Part shown: positions 26,437 to 35,577 of the stretch, piece by piece
Layout of the letters: the number at the start of each line of letters is the position of its first letter
Numbering within the stretch: position 1 is the stretch's first letter
Origin: Ignavibacteria bacterium
GTDB lineage: Bacteria; Bacteroidota; Ignavibacteria; UBA10030; UBA6906
NCBI GenBank assembly: GCA_003251275.1
Contig: QKGJ01000134.1
Coordinates: 1 to 38,163, forward strand
Direction: 5' to 3'
Length of the DNA stretch: 38,163 nt
Program-made: the position numbers and the translations under genes
The notes under the pieces: generated by a model
Told to the model about the DNA's origin: nothing
What the model saw: the letters and a program-made list of their open reading frames with translations, nothing else
Database searches by the model: none

Positions 26437-29400
26437 ATGTTAATCCCGATGAATGTGCGAAGCATGGCCTGCTTCGCAGCAGGAATTCTCCTTTTTTCTT
26501 CTTCCAACGCACAAACGGTGACGCACGTTGTAATCAGCGAGTTTGCAACCCGAGGGGCCGCGGCCGCCACCGACGAGTTCGTCGAACTTTATAACCCAAC
26601 CGACAATGCAATAAATCTTGCATCGTGGGTCATGCAATACAAGTCGGCAACAGGCACAACATGGTTTGACCGTGCGATCTTGCCCTCGAACGCAATGATC
26701 CCCGCCCGTGGCTTCTACCTCGTGGCAAACACATCCTATGTTGGCACGGTAGCACCCGATTTCTCCTCCGGTTCATGGACCTCAGGAAGCGGTATGGCTG
26801 ACAACGGCAATATCCGCATTATCGACAATACGCTTGCTGAGGTTGACAAGGTTGGATATGGAACCGGCAACGATCCTGAAGGCGGATCTCCTACGCCGAA
26901 TCATGGCACCAGTCCAAACAGCAATAGCGTGGAGCGCAAGGCACTCTCCACATCAACCGCCAATTCTCTTGCTCCCGGTGGATCGGACGCCAATCTCGGC
27001 AATGGATACGACAGCAATGTGAACGGTAGCGATTTTGTTACGCAAATAAACGGACGCAATCCACAGAATTCAAGCAGCGCCCCAGAACCCCCTTTTCAGT
27101 TTGGCGGTAACGGAACAGGGACCGTCACAGTCGACCCATCCGAAGTGTTCACCAACCGAACTCTCCCCGCGTTAACATTCTCGTTTGTTCAGGATTCAAA
27201 TTACACGTTAACCACGGTGCGCCTCGTGATACCTCTAGAATGGACATGGTCGGGTAATCTCTCTGACGTTTCGCTTTCGGGGTTGGGTTTTCAGTCGGCC
27301 TCGAAGGGGCTGAATGGGGACACATTGGAAATTTCCAACGCAGCAATTGATACTGCACAGAGTGGATCAATCGCCATACTGAATGTCATGACCCCCGGAG
27401 TACTTGGATTCTCAACGTTTTCTACATTCACCGGCCTTGCCGGCGAAACTCCTGCTCCACTTGCTCAACAGCCAATTGTGAGAACGTTAGACCTCGTCCC
27501 GATCGTCCTGGTCCACATCAATGATTCCCAGGGCGTCCCAACGGCGCCGTACCAAATCGGCGGACAGGTAACTGTAACGGGAGTTGTCACCGCGAACCTC
27601 TCCTCCACCAGAACAGAGTTCTACTTGCAGGATGCAACGGCCGGAATAAACGTTTTCAGTTTTGATCTCCCTCCTTTCGCTATCGATTTAGGAGATAGCA
27701 TAACCGTGACCGGGTCGATTATTCAATTCCGGGGACTCACAGAAATATCGCCGGAGTTTCCGCTCCTTGTACGACACGCAACGGGGCGTATCGTACCGGA
27801 GCCCATGGTCGTCACTTGTGCCGATGTCAACAATACATTTCAGCCCGATTTTTCTGAACCAAATGAATCCCGGCTGATCCGTATAAACGGGGTTACATAT
27901 AACTCCCAGGCATCGACCATTACCGACAATACCGGCACCACCGCGGTGTTTATTGCAAGTTCCTTCCCTCCGACACCGAGCCAGTTTGATATAATTGGAA
28001 TCCTCAAACAATTCAAACCAGGAACACCCGCACCCGGACCACCCTTCACGGCAGATTACGAAATCGTTCCGCGGGATAGCAGTGACATTATCCCCCACCC
28101 TGGCCCGGTGATCACGTCGTTCCCTTTTGAAGACAATATTCAGCCGACGTCAGTTCGTATCCAATGGACGACCGATGTAGCATCGAGCAGCATCGTTCGA
28201 TTCGGAATTGATCGATCGGCGCTTGCGGACAGCGTTGTGGAAACGACTCCGGTTCTCTCTCATGCGCTCACTCTTTCCGGACTGAACCCTGCGACGGTGT
28301 ATTACTATGCCGTTGGCTCTGGCGATGCAAATGGCACCAATTTCTCTTCGATTTCGATTTTTAGCACCGCATCCCCACCACAGGCAACGGGCCAAATACA
28401 TGTTTATTTCAATAAGAGTGTTGATACATCTCTCGCTTGGTACCAACCCGCCACAGGTAATGTGAATTTTGTGCCCCTCCTTCTACAGCGCATTAATAAT
28501 GCCCAGCATTCTATCGACGCAGCACTATACAGCTTGAGCGGAACCCCCGGCTCGAGTATCGCTACTGCACTTGTCAATGCAAAGAACCGTGGAATTCAAG
28601 TGCGCGTTATCGGCGAATACGACAATATCAACTCAAGCGGATTTACCACCCTGACCTTTAACAGTGTTCCGCTTATCAATGATCGCTTTGACCCGATCAA
28701 CAACGGACTTGGACTTCATCATAATAAGTTCTTTGTTTTCGACGCTCGGGGCGGCGCTCCTGAAAGTGTCTGGGTATGGACCGGTTCCTGGAATCCGACC
28801 GACCCTGGCACCTCGAGTGACTATCAGAACGTCATTGAATTGCAGGACCCGGCACTCGCCGGAGCGTACCTGCTTGAGTTCAATGAAATGTGGGGAAGTC
28901 AAACACAGATCCCGAATGCATCGCAATCCCGCTTTGGTTCGCGCAAGCAGGATAACACACCACACCGTTTTGTCATTAATGGGGTACCGGTAGAAAGCTA
29001 TTTTAGTCCAAGTGATCGGACGACATCGCACATTCTTGAAACGATCAACAGTTCCCAGCACTCTACAGGAGCGAACATCCTCACATTCACAAGAAGCGAC
29101 CTCGCAGACGCCCTCATTGCACAGCATTCTGCGGGAAGAAAAGTGCGAGGAGTGTTCGATAACAATACGGACACCGGTTCCGAATTCAACTATCTTCTCT
29201 CCAGCGGACTGGATGTCCGCCTGAAAACAGGTTCGGGGCTGCTCCACCACAAATATCTCATTGTCGATGCAGAAGATCCCAGCTGGAATCCTGCAGTACT
29301 CACCGGGTCACACAACTGGTCAAGTGCTGCAGAAAATTCTAACAATGAAAATACTCTGATCGTGCATGATGGGGACGTGGCAAATCAATATCTGCAGGAG

Positions 29401-29739
29401 TTTGCAGCTCGATACTATCAATTTGGTGGGATGGATACGATTCTTGTAGGCGTAGACCAGAAACTGTTGGCTCCAACAAAGTTCGCCCTCGGGCAAAACT
29501 ATCCAAATCCATTTAATCCTGAAACCATCATTCAATTTCAGGTTGGATCCCCAGGGATGGTGACTATCGTTGTGTATGATATTCTCGGCCGTCTTGTCAG
29601 AACGATTGTGAACGAGCCTTTGCAGGCAGGTACATACAAGATCCCTTTTCGCGCACAATCGCTTGCTAGCGGCGTGTATCTTTACCGTTTGTCTGCACAC
29701 GGAGTGAACCTTCAGAGACGCATGGTTGTTTTGAAATAG
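26437..29739 (+). CDS. T9SS-secreted multidomain PLD-superfamily protein (LTD, OB-fold, FN3, 2x HKD), probable nuclease
   Basis: Signal peptide; lamin-tail VVISEF..EFVELYNPT; OB-fold VTVTGVVTA..FYLQD..GDSITVTG; FN3 LNPATVYYY; HNKFFVFD..TGSWN and HHKYLIVD..TGSHN; QNYPNPFNP CTD. Confidence 0.85.
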   Translation: MLIPMNVRSMACFAAGILLFSSSNAQTVTHVVISEFATRGAAAATDEFVELYNPTDNAINLASWVMQYKSATGTTWFDRAILPSNAMIPARGFYLVANTSYVGTVAPDFSSGSWTSGSGMADNGNIRIIDNTLAEVDKVGYGTGNDPEGGSPTPNHGTSPNSNSVERKALSTSTANSLAPGGSDANLGNGYDSNVNGSDFVTQINGRNPQNSSSAPEPPFQFGGNGTGTVTVDPSEVFTNRTLPALTFSFVQDSNYTLTTVRLVIPLEWTWSGNLSDVSLSGLGFQSASKGLNGDTLEISNAAIDTAQSGSIAILNVMTPGVLGFSTFSTFTGLAGETPAPLAQQPIVRTLDLVPIVLVHINDSQGVPTAPYQIGGQVTVTGVVTANLSSTRTEFYLQDATAGINVFSFDLPPFAIDLGDSITVTGSIIQFRGLTEISPEFPLLVRHATGRIVPEPMVVTCADVNNTFQPDFSEPNESRLIRINGVTYNSQASTITDNTGTTAVFIASSFPPTPSQFDIIGILKQFKPGTPAPGPPFTADYEIVPRDSSDIIPHPGPVITSFPFEDNIQPTSVRIQWTTDVASSSIVRFGIDRSALADSVVETTPVLSHALTLSGLNPATVYYYAVGSGDANGTNFSSISIFSTASPPQATGQIHVYFNKSVDTSLAWYQPATGNVNFVPLLLQRINNAQHSIDAALYSLSGTPGSSIATALVNAKNRGIQVRVIGEYDNINSSGFTTLTFNSVPLINDRFDPINNGLGLHHNKFFVFDARGGAPESVWVWTGSWNPTDPGTSSDYQNVIELQDPALAGAYLLEFNEMWGSQTQIPNASQSRFGSRKQDNTPHRFVINGVPVESYFSPSDRTTSHILETINSSQHSTGANILTFTRSDLADALIAQHSAGRKVRGVFDNNTDTGSEFNYLLSSGLDVRLKTGSGLLHHKYLIVDAEDPSWNPAVLTGSHNWSSAAENSNNENTLIVHDGDVANQYLQEFAARYYQFGGMDTILVGVDQKLLAPTKFALGQNYPNPFNPETIIQFQVGSPGMVTIVVYDILGRLVRTIVNEPLQAGTYKIPFRAQSLASGVYLYRLSAHGVNLQRRMVVLK

Positions 29740-29801
29740 CACCTTGTTATCGGAACTCAGATTTGTTATACTAGCCCGTTCAATAATTGAGGATCGCATC
29801 T

Positions 29802-31481
29802 ATGGTCAAGAGATATTTTTCGGTGATTTTTCTTATCGCCATTGCCTCCCCTGCAATTGCGGGTCAGGTGGACACTATTGCACACTTCGATGTGCAGCCA
29901 CTGGGGAGTTATTCGGCCATTTGGGGATACACGGCGCCCAATGGAAGAGAATATGCGCTCGTAGGAGTCAATGGAGGCTCTTCCTACCCCGGGGGGACAT
30001 CCATCATTGACATCACCGATATCCCCGGGCTCAGCCAGGTCGCTTTTATCGGGGGACCAAATAGCAGCTGGCGCGAAATGAAGACGTACAAACATTATGG
30101 ATACGTCGTCACCGAGGCGGGTGGCGGGGTCCAGATTATTGAGCTTTCTCAACTACCAGATACCGCGTGGCTTATCAAATCGTTTAACTACACTGGCGCC
30201 GGCGGTAATATTCAACGATCGCACTCGATTTCCATCCATGATGGGTTTATGTACTTGAATGGATGTGCAACCTGGTCGCCAGGGGGAATGGTTATTTTCG
30301 ACCTGCGGGGTGATCCTGAAAATCCTGTGTACGTCGGGGCATACGAACCGGAGTACATTCACGACAGCTACGTCCTTCGCGATACGATCTACGGTTCAGC
30401 GGTTTACTCCGGCGGTGGATTATGGATAGCAGATGCCCGGAATAAGTCGAATATTCAAACGATCGGGAAAATAATCTACTCTGGATCGGGAACACATAAC
30501 GCCTGGGTGACGAAGAACAGGTCGCATGTAATTACCACCGACGAAATCGGATCAACGCCGAAGACCTTGAAGATCTGGGACATCGGGAACCTTCCCTCAA
30601 TACCCAGTTCACCGGTGAACACGTTTACCGCAACACCTGCTGACATCGAACATAACATTACCATACGCGGCGACTATGCGTACGTTGCGTGGTACACTGC
30701 CGGTATTCGTATCGTCGACATTACAAATCCGGCGACCCCGCTTGATGCAGGGGGCTTTGACACATCACCAGTGACTCCCGGAAATTACGCGGGTGTGTGG
30801 GGAATCTATCCATACTTCCCTTCGGGCAAGATTATCGCCGGCGATATGCAGAATGGCCTCTGGGTTTTTCGTTTTTCAGATCTCACCGCCCGAACACCGG
30901 TTGCGCTTCTCAATCCGAGCGACGGGGACTCACTCAACGGGCTGACTTCCGCAAACTTCCGATGGACGAAAACAGCCGACCAGAATGCCGACCCACATTA
31001 TTATGAACTCCACCTGTTTGGTAACGGATTCGACAGCACGTGGCAAGTGAACGACACGAGTTTCACCTTCACTAATTTTGCATCGCTGGTCGATGGATCA
31101 ACGTACACCTGGCATGTTATCACACGGGATGAGTTCAACGTATCACCAAGTCCTGACTCATCGCAGTTTGTGTATGCAACAGGAGCGACATCCGCTGGCG
31201 ATGTTGACGAAAAGCCTTTTTCGTTCCAACTTGCGCAGAACTTTCCCAATCCATTCAATCCATCGACTATCATTGCCTATGAACTGGCTGAACTAACGCC
31301 GGTGAGTATTAAGGTGTTCAATCTGCTTGGCGGTGAAGTTGCTGAACTCGTTCGGGGAGACTATCCTGCCGGTCGCTATTCGGTCACCTTCAATGCGTCC
31401 ACACTCTCAAGCGGAGTGTACTTTTACAGGCTTCAGGCGGGACAATTCTCCAGCGTCAGGAAAATGATCATCCAAAAGTAG
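29802..31481 (+). CDS. Choice-of-anchor B / LVIVD-repeat beta-propeller with FN3-like and T9SS C-terminal domains
   Basis: IWGY...GREYALVG, SSWREMKTY, YIHD, THNAW, TTDE, HN, GVWG.YPYFPSG; QNFPNPFNP CTD; GAGGA SD before ATG 29802. Confidence 0.85.
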   Translation: MVKRYFSVIFLIAIASPAIAGQVDTIAHFDVQPLGSYSAIWGYTAPNGREYALVGVNGGSSYPGGTSIIDITDIPGLSQVAFIGGPNSSWREMKTYKHYGYVVTEAGGGVQIIELSQLPDTAWLIKSFNYTGAGGNIQRSHSISIHDGFMYLNGCATWSPGGMVIFDLRGDPENPVYVGAYEPEYIHDSYVLRDTIYGSAVYSGGGLWIADARNKSNIQTIGKIIYSGSGTHNAWVTKNRSHVITTDEIGSTPKTLKIWDIGNLPSIPSSPVNTFTATPADIEHNITIRGDYAYVAWYTAGIRIVDITNPATPLDAGGFDTSPVTPGNYAGVWGIYPYFPSGKIIAGDMQNGLWVFRFSDLTARTPVALLNPSDGDSLNGLTSANFRWTKTADQNADPHYYELHLFGNGFDSTWQVNDTSFTFTNFASLVDGSTYTWHVITRDEFNVSPSPDSSQFVYATGATSAGDVDEKPFSFQLAQNFPNPFNPSTIIAYELAELTPVSIKVFNLLGGEVAELVRGDYPAGRYSVTFNASTLSSGVYFYRLQAGQFSSVRKMIIQK

Positions 31482-31506
31482 GCGATGCTCACACACCGGC
31501 TTATGG

Positions 31507-31537
31507 GGGCGGACAAGATGTCCGCCCTCTTTGTTTT
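31507..31537 (+). terminator. Intrinsic terminator after the T9SS cargo genes
   Basis: GGGCGGACA-AGA-TGTCCGCCC perfect 9-bp stem followed by TCTTTGTTTT. Confidence 0.8.
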
Positions 31538-31539
31538 GG

Positions 31540-31568
31540 TTGATTTTCAAGAATGGGTTTATTATGTT
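31540..31568 (+). promoter_or_regulatory. Possible sigma70 promoter
   Basis: TTGATT, 17 nt, TATGTT, directly after the terminator. Confidence 0.45.
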
Positions 31569-31732
31569 CAGGGCGAAGGGATGGGTACGTGAACCTGTTC
31601 TCGCTCAGACCAGTTCCACAGTGCAGACGGTGATCACCTACCCGTATTCTCGCGCGGCGATTTTCCCACTTCATTACTGCTCGCATTTTTTCTAAACTGT
31701 TTGTTGCCATCAAGGCAAGGCAGGCGAGCGAA

Positions 31733-32299
31733 ATGTACCAGATAGTATCGATGCGATCGTATACAAAGGAAGAAATCCGAAAGACCTTTTCTACTTCTTC
31801 AGATTTCAACGAGATTTTTGATGCATTCCAGTTCGCCCTTACAAGTGATGTCCGCGACGTCGAGCCGTACAAACTTTTGTTCTATAATCATTCTCTTTCA
31901 CCCGATGAGGTACGCTTGTTTGGCGAGAAGCTCGCCAGCCAGTTCCCTGATCTTGCGTATGAAGTGTATATCTGGCTCGCCAGCGTATTTGAGGTAACCA
32001 ATGCCAGTAACGATAACTACGAGCTTGCCCTCCATTACTATCGAAAGGCAGCCGAAGCCCGTCCGACCGCACCCGATCCCTACATTGATGCGTGTGATTG
32101 CTACGAGCCTGACCTCAACATCCCGCCTCTTTCCACGCTGATTGAATTCCTGAAAAAAGGAATTGCGACTGTCCCCAACCCACGAGAGTTGTACAAGAGT
32201 CTGGCTCATCTCTTTGAACTTTCCGGCGATGCCCAGCAGGGAGAATACTATCGCCGCAAGGCAAACGAACCCGGTATCGATCCGACTCCTACTGCATGA
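31733..32299 (+). CDS. Hypothetical all-helical, TPR-like protein
   Basis: YELALHYYRKAAEARP and LYKSLAHLFELSGDAQQGEYYRRKA TPR-like helices; start may be 31751. Confidence 0.7.
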   Translation: MYQIVSMRSYTKEEIRKTFSTSSDFNEIFDAFQFALTSDVRDVEPYKLLFYNHSLSPDEVRLFGEKLASQFPDLAYEVYIWLASVFEVTNASNDNYELALHYYRKAAEARPTAPDPYIDACDCYEPDLNIPPLSTLIEFLKKGIATVPNPRELYKSLAHLFELSGDAQQGEYYRRKANEPGIDPTPTA

Positions 32300-32425
32300 A
32301 GCACCTTCGGGGTACACCATGATTTTGACGACGGCAATTCTCTGGGGCTTCGATTGTTTTCCTGGAGCTCCGTCGGGAGCCTCCGCAAGTTTCCGAGGTT
32401 ACCATACCATATTTCGGCCCGGCTA

Positions 32426-33010
32426 ATGTCGCCTAGTGACGAGAGAGTGGAAAAGGTATCGTCCGTGCTGTCACGACGGCAGCCCGATCTCACCGTCGTT
32501 ATGGAAAATATCCATGACCCGCACAATGTGAGCGCGATTTTCAGAACGTGCGATGCTGTTGGCGTTTTGCAAGTGGAACTTGTTTACACGGAAGAGAAGT
32601 TTCCAACCATCGGAAAGAAAAGTTCTTCGAGCGCCAACAAGTGGCTCCTTCGCCGCAAGCACCGCTCAAGAAAAGAGTGTATCAAAACACTGAAGAATGA
32701 GGGGTTTGTAATCTATGCCACCCACCTTGGAAATCAATCGCACTCACTCTATGAGTTAAGCCTTGTGCAGAAAGTTGCCCTCGTCTTTGGCAACGAGCAT
32801 CGAGGTGTTTCAGACGAAATGGCGTCTCTTGCCGACGGGAACTTTGTTATTCCCATGATGGGCATGATTCAAAGTCTGAACGTTTCCGTTGCAGCGGCCG
32901 TGAGCTTATATGAGGCCTTGCGTCAGCGCTCTCTTGCAGGACAGTTTGACACTCCCAAGCTCGCCAAGGAAAATCTCGGCCGTCTCACCGATGTGTGGCT
33001 TAGACGATAA
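32426..33010 (+). CDS. trmH: SpoU-class tRNA (guanosine-2'-O)-methyltransferase
   Basis: ENIHDPHNVSAIFRTCDAVG, FGNEHRGVS, IPMMGMIQSLNVSVA; ATG 32426. Confidence 0.9.
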   Translation: MSPSDERVEKVSSVLSRRQPDLTVVMENIHDPHNVSAIFRTCDAVGVLQVELVYTEEKFPTIGKKSSSSANKWLLRRKHRSRKECIKTLKNEGFVIYATHLGNQSHSLYELSLVQKVALVFGNEHRGVSDEMASLADGNFVIPMMGMIQSLNVSVAAAVSLYEALRQRSLAGQFDTPKLAKENLGRLTDVWLRR

Positions 33011-33091
33011 TTGTCCAAAACATTTCTTATCTTTCTACGTATGGTTGTGGATTGATAGCTGTCTTATTGATTCTCATTTATTCGGAATACG

Positions 33092-33262
33092 ATGGATTTT
33101 CTTACTCAAGAGACTCTCGATTTTGTTCGCTCAAACATTATACTCGTTGCCGTAATTCTGGTCGGTTTTTTTGGCTATATGGTCCTCCTGATTCGCCGGA
33201 GGTCACGGCAAAATTTTCTCCATCAGCATTCCCCCGAAGAAAAGAACGAATCGGGCAGCTAA
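33092..33262 (+). CDS. Uncalled 56-aa single-pass membrane microprotein
   Basis: MDFLTQETLDFVRSNIILVAVILVGFFGYMVLLIRRRSRQNFLHQHSPEEKNESGS; 19-residue hydrophobic helix then RRRSR (positive-inside). Confidence 0.7.
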   Translation: MDFLTQETLDFVRSNIILVAVILVGFFGYMVLLIRRRSRQNFLHQHSPEEKNESGS

Positions 33263-33334
33263 GAGAGTCCCTCCGCCTTCCGGCACTTTTCACAACCGTA
33301 CCGTGTTGAATACGAGGAATAGTTACCAACGACA

Positions 33335-35575
33335 ATGGATGCACCAATGCGTTCGCAGCTCTCTTTCCTTCTGATTCTTTCCCTCGCTCTACCCTTTGGA
33401 TCGCCATTGCATGGTGAGCCACACACGCGGGTGAAGGCGTATGCAAATGTCACCAGCATTCAGCCGGGTTCGGAATTTACTCTTGGCGTATTAATGGTAA
33501 TGGATGAAGGGTGGCATACGTATTGGAAAAATCCGGGGGAGGCTGGGCTTCCCACAACAATCCGATGGACGCTTCCGAAGGGCGTCTCCGCCGGGGAGAT
33601 ACAGTGGCCGCTCCCCCATAAATACATCGAAGGTGGCGAGGTTCTGACCTACGGGTACGCAGGCGAGAACATGCTGCTGATCCAAATGAGGACCGATGCA
33701 GCCCTCCCGGTTGGATCACCAGTGCGCATTAAGGCAGACCTCGATTGGCTCGAATGTGAGCATGTCTGCATTCCCGGGTCGGGCTCCATTTCGATTAGCC
33801 TGCCGGTTCGAGGAGGACCACCGCAGAGATCCCACCAGGAGTTGTTTGATCGATACAGCTCTGCCATCCCGAAGGGATTCGAGCCTTCAAACAAGCTCTC
33901 TCTCTCCTCCCGGACTGCTGAACAAAGTGTGATTTTCTCAGTGACTTCGGTGACTGCTCTCGTTCCAGACGAGTACGGGCTGGTTGATTTTTACCCGGAG
34001 TCTCTTGATGGAGTGGAGTTCGGGCGCACGAAGATTTCCAGCTCGATTGATGGGGCGGTTGTTGCTCTTCCCCTTTCCGCTTACGAACCGATAGAGGGAG
34101 AACGAACGCTGCGGGGCGTTCTCGTGTATCACCCAGAGGGGGGCGTCCGGACTGGATCATCCGTTGAGATACCGTTGAGTGCTGAGTTTTGCGCTTCGTT
34201 GTTTCAGGGGGAAGAGAAAGAAGGGAGTGGATCGATTCTCGATAGAGAGTTTACAACAATCCTCGATGCACAGCAATCTCAACCATTGTATCTCTACTTT
34301 GTCTTCGCCCTTATCGGTGGGATTCTTCTGAACATCATGCCGTGTGTTCTTCCTGTGATAGCCCTGAAGGTTTTTGGTCTTGTCAGTCTCGGTGGAGACC
34401 AACCCGGGCGCGTTCGCAAACTTGGATGGATTTTCTCGCTTGGCATTCTTGTTTCTTTCCTCTCACTGGCGCTGATCGTCATTCTCCTTCAGGGCGCGGG
34501 TCAGCAGGTTGGCTGGGGCTTTCAGTTTCAGGAACCCGCTTTTGTCATTGCGATGTGCACGATTGTTTTTGCTTTTGGGTTGAGTCTTTTTGGAGTGTAT
34601 GAAATTCAATTGCCAGGGTCCGCGGTAGCTGGCATGAGCGATTTGCTTGCGAAGCAAAGCGCATCCGGCAAGAGCATGTCAACCTCGTTTGCAGAGGGAG
34701 TGTTTGCAACCATTCTTGCAACCCCGTGCACGGCTCCATTTCTCGGACCTGCACTTGGTTTTGCCTTCTCTCAACCGGCGCACATTATTTTCGTGTTGTT
34801 CGCGACCGTTGCCCTCGGAATGGCTTTGCCATATCTCATACTTACCTCGAAACCTGCGTGGACAAAGTTTCTCCCCAAGCCCGGAGAATGGATGGTCAAA
34901 GCGAAACAATTCATGGGTTTTCTCATGATGGCGACACTTCTCTGGCTCCTCTACGTTCTTGGAAAGCAGCTTGGAATGGAGGCCGTCGTGTGGACAAGCG
35001 CCTTCTTGTTAGTCGTCGGTCTAGCGTGTTGGTTGATTGGATCGTTTGCCACGCTGAGTTCATCGCGGACGCAGCATGCATTTACCTGGGGCGGTGTTCT
35101 GCTTCTCCTCTTTCTTGGCTATCAGACCTTTCTCACAACCGTATTTGATGCTCAGAGAGTTCTCGCCTCTACAACCGACGGAACACAGAGTATTGACGAT
35201 GGCTCGATTCATTGGTATCCCTTTTCTCTCCGGTCGCTTGATGAGCAGCTTCGTTCCAATAAACCTGTCTTCGTTGATTTCACCGCAGAGTGGTGCCTCA
35301 CCTGCAAGGTGAACGAAAAGGCCGTCATCGCCGATGACGACGTCATCAGCAAATTCAAATCGCTTGAAGTAATTGCTGTCCGTGCAGATTGGACGAATCG
35401 CAATCCTGACATTACCCAGCTTCTCGCAAAGTTTGGTCGGTCTGGAGTTCCCCTGTACGTCATCTTCCCTCCCGGAAAACCTGGAGAGCCAATCGTGCTG
35501 CCGGAGGTTATTACCACCGGCATCGTCCTTGACGCTCTCGATCGGGCAACTTCCTCTGTGACCAAGGCGCGCTAG
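33335..35575 (+). CDS. dsbD: Protein-disulfide reductase DsbD/ScsB family
   Basis: GWHTYWKNPGEAG and CEHVC N-domain; NIMPCVLP and ATPCTAP TM cysteines; thioredoxin FTAEWCLTC, GVPLY. Confidence 0.9.
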   Translation: MDAPMRSQLSFLLILSLALPFGSPLHGEPHTRVKAYANVTSIQPGSEFTLGVLMVMDEGWHTYWKNPGEAGLPTTIRWTLPKGVSAGEIQWPLPHKYIEGGEVLTYGYAGENMLLIQMRTDAALPVGSPVRIKADLDWLECEHVCIPGSGSISISLPVRGGPPQRSHQELFDRYSSAIPKGFEPSNKLSLSSRTAEQSVIFSVTSVTALVPDEYGLVDFYPESLDGVEFGRTKISSSIDGAVVALPLSAYEPIEGERTLRGVLVYHPEGGVRTGSSVEIPLSAEFCASLFQGEEKEGSGSILDREFTTILDAQQSQPLYLYFVFALIGGILLNIMPCVLPVIALKVFGLVSLGGDQPGRVRKLGWIFSLGILVSFLSLALIVILLQGAGQQVGWGFQFQEPAFVIAMCTIVFAFGLSLFGVYEIQLPGSAVAGMSDLLAKQSASGKSMSTSFAEGVFATILATPCTAPFLGPALGFAFSQPAHIIFVLFATVALGMALPYLILTSKPAWTKFLPKPGEWMVKAKQFMGFLMMATLLWLLYVLGKQLGMEAVVWTSAFLLVVGLACWLIGSFATLSSSRTQHAFTWGGVLLLLFLGYQTFLTTVFDAQRVLASTTDGTQSIDDGSIHWYPFSLRSLDEQLRSNKPVFVDFTAEWCLTCKVNEKAVIADDDVISKFKSLEVIAVRADWTNRNPDITQLLAKFGRSGVPLYVIFPPGKPGEPIVLPEVITTGIVLDALDRATSSVTKAR

Positions 35576-35577
35576 AT

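Noticed and set aside
31512-31522. GACA-AGA-TGTC as a third operator
   Set aside because: 3-nt spacer, and fully explained as the terminator stem.
31573-31653. SRP RNA or TPP riboswitch
   Set aside because: No CAGG/GNRA/AGCAG SRP domain IV; GAACCTG is present but CTGAGA and the TPP 3' motifs are absent.
32319-32426. 35-aa ORF whose TAA overlaps the trmH ATG
   Set aside because: No SD and unremarkable composition; the overlap alone is insufficient.
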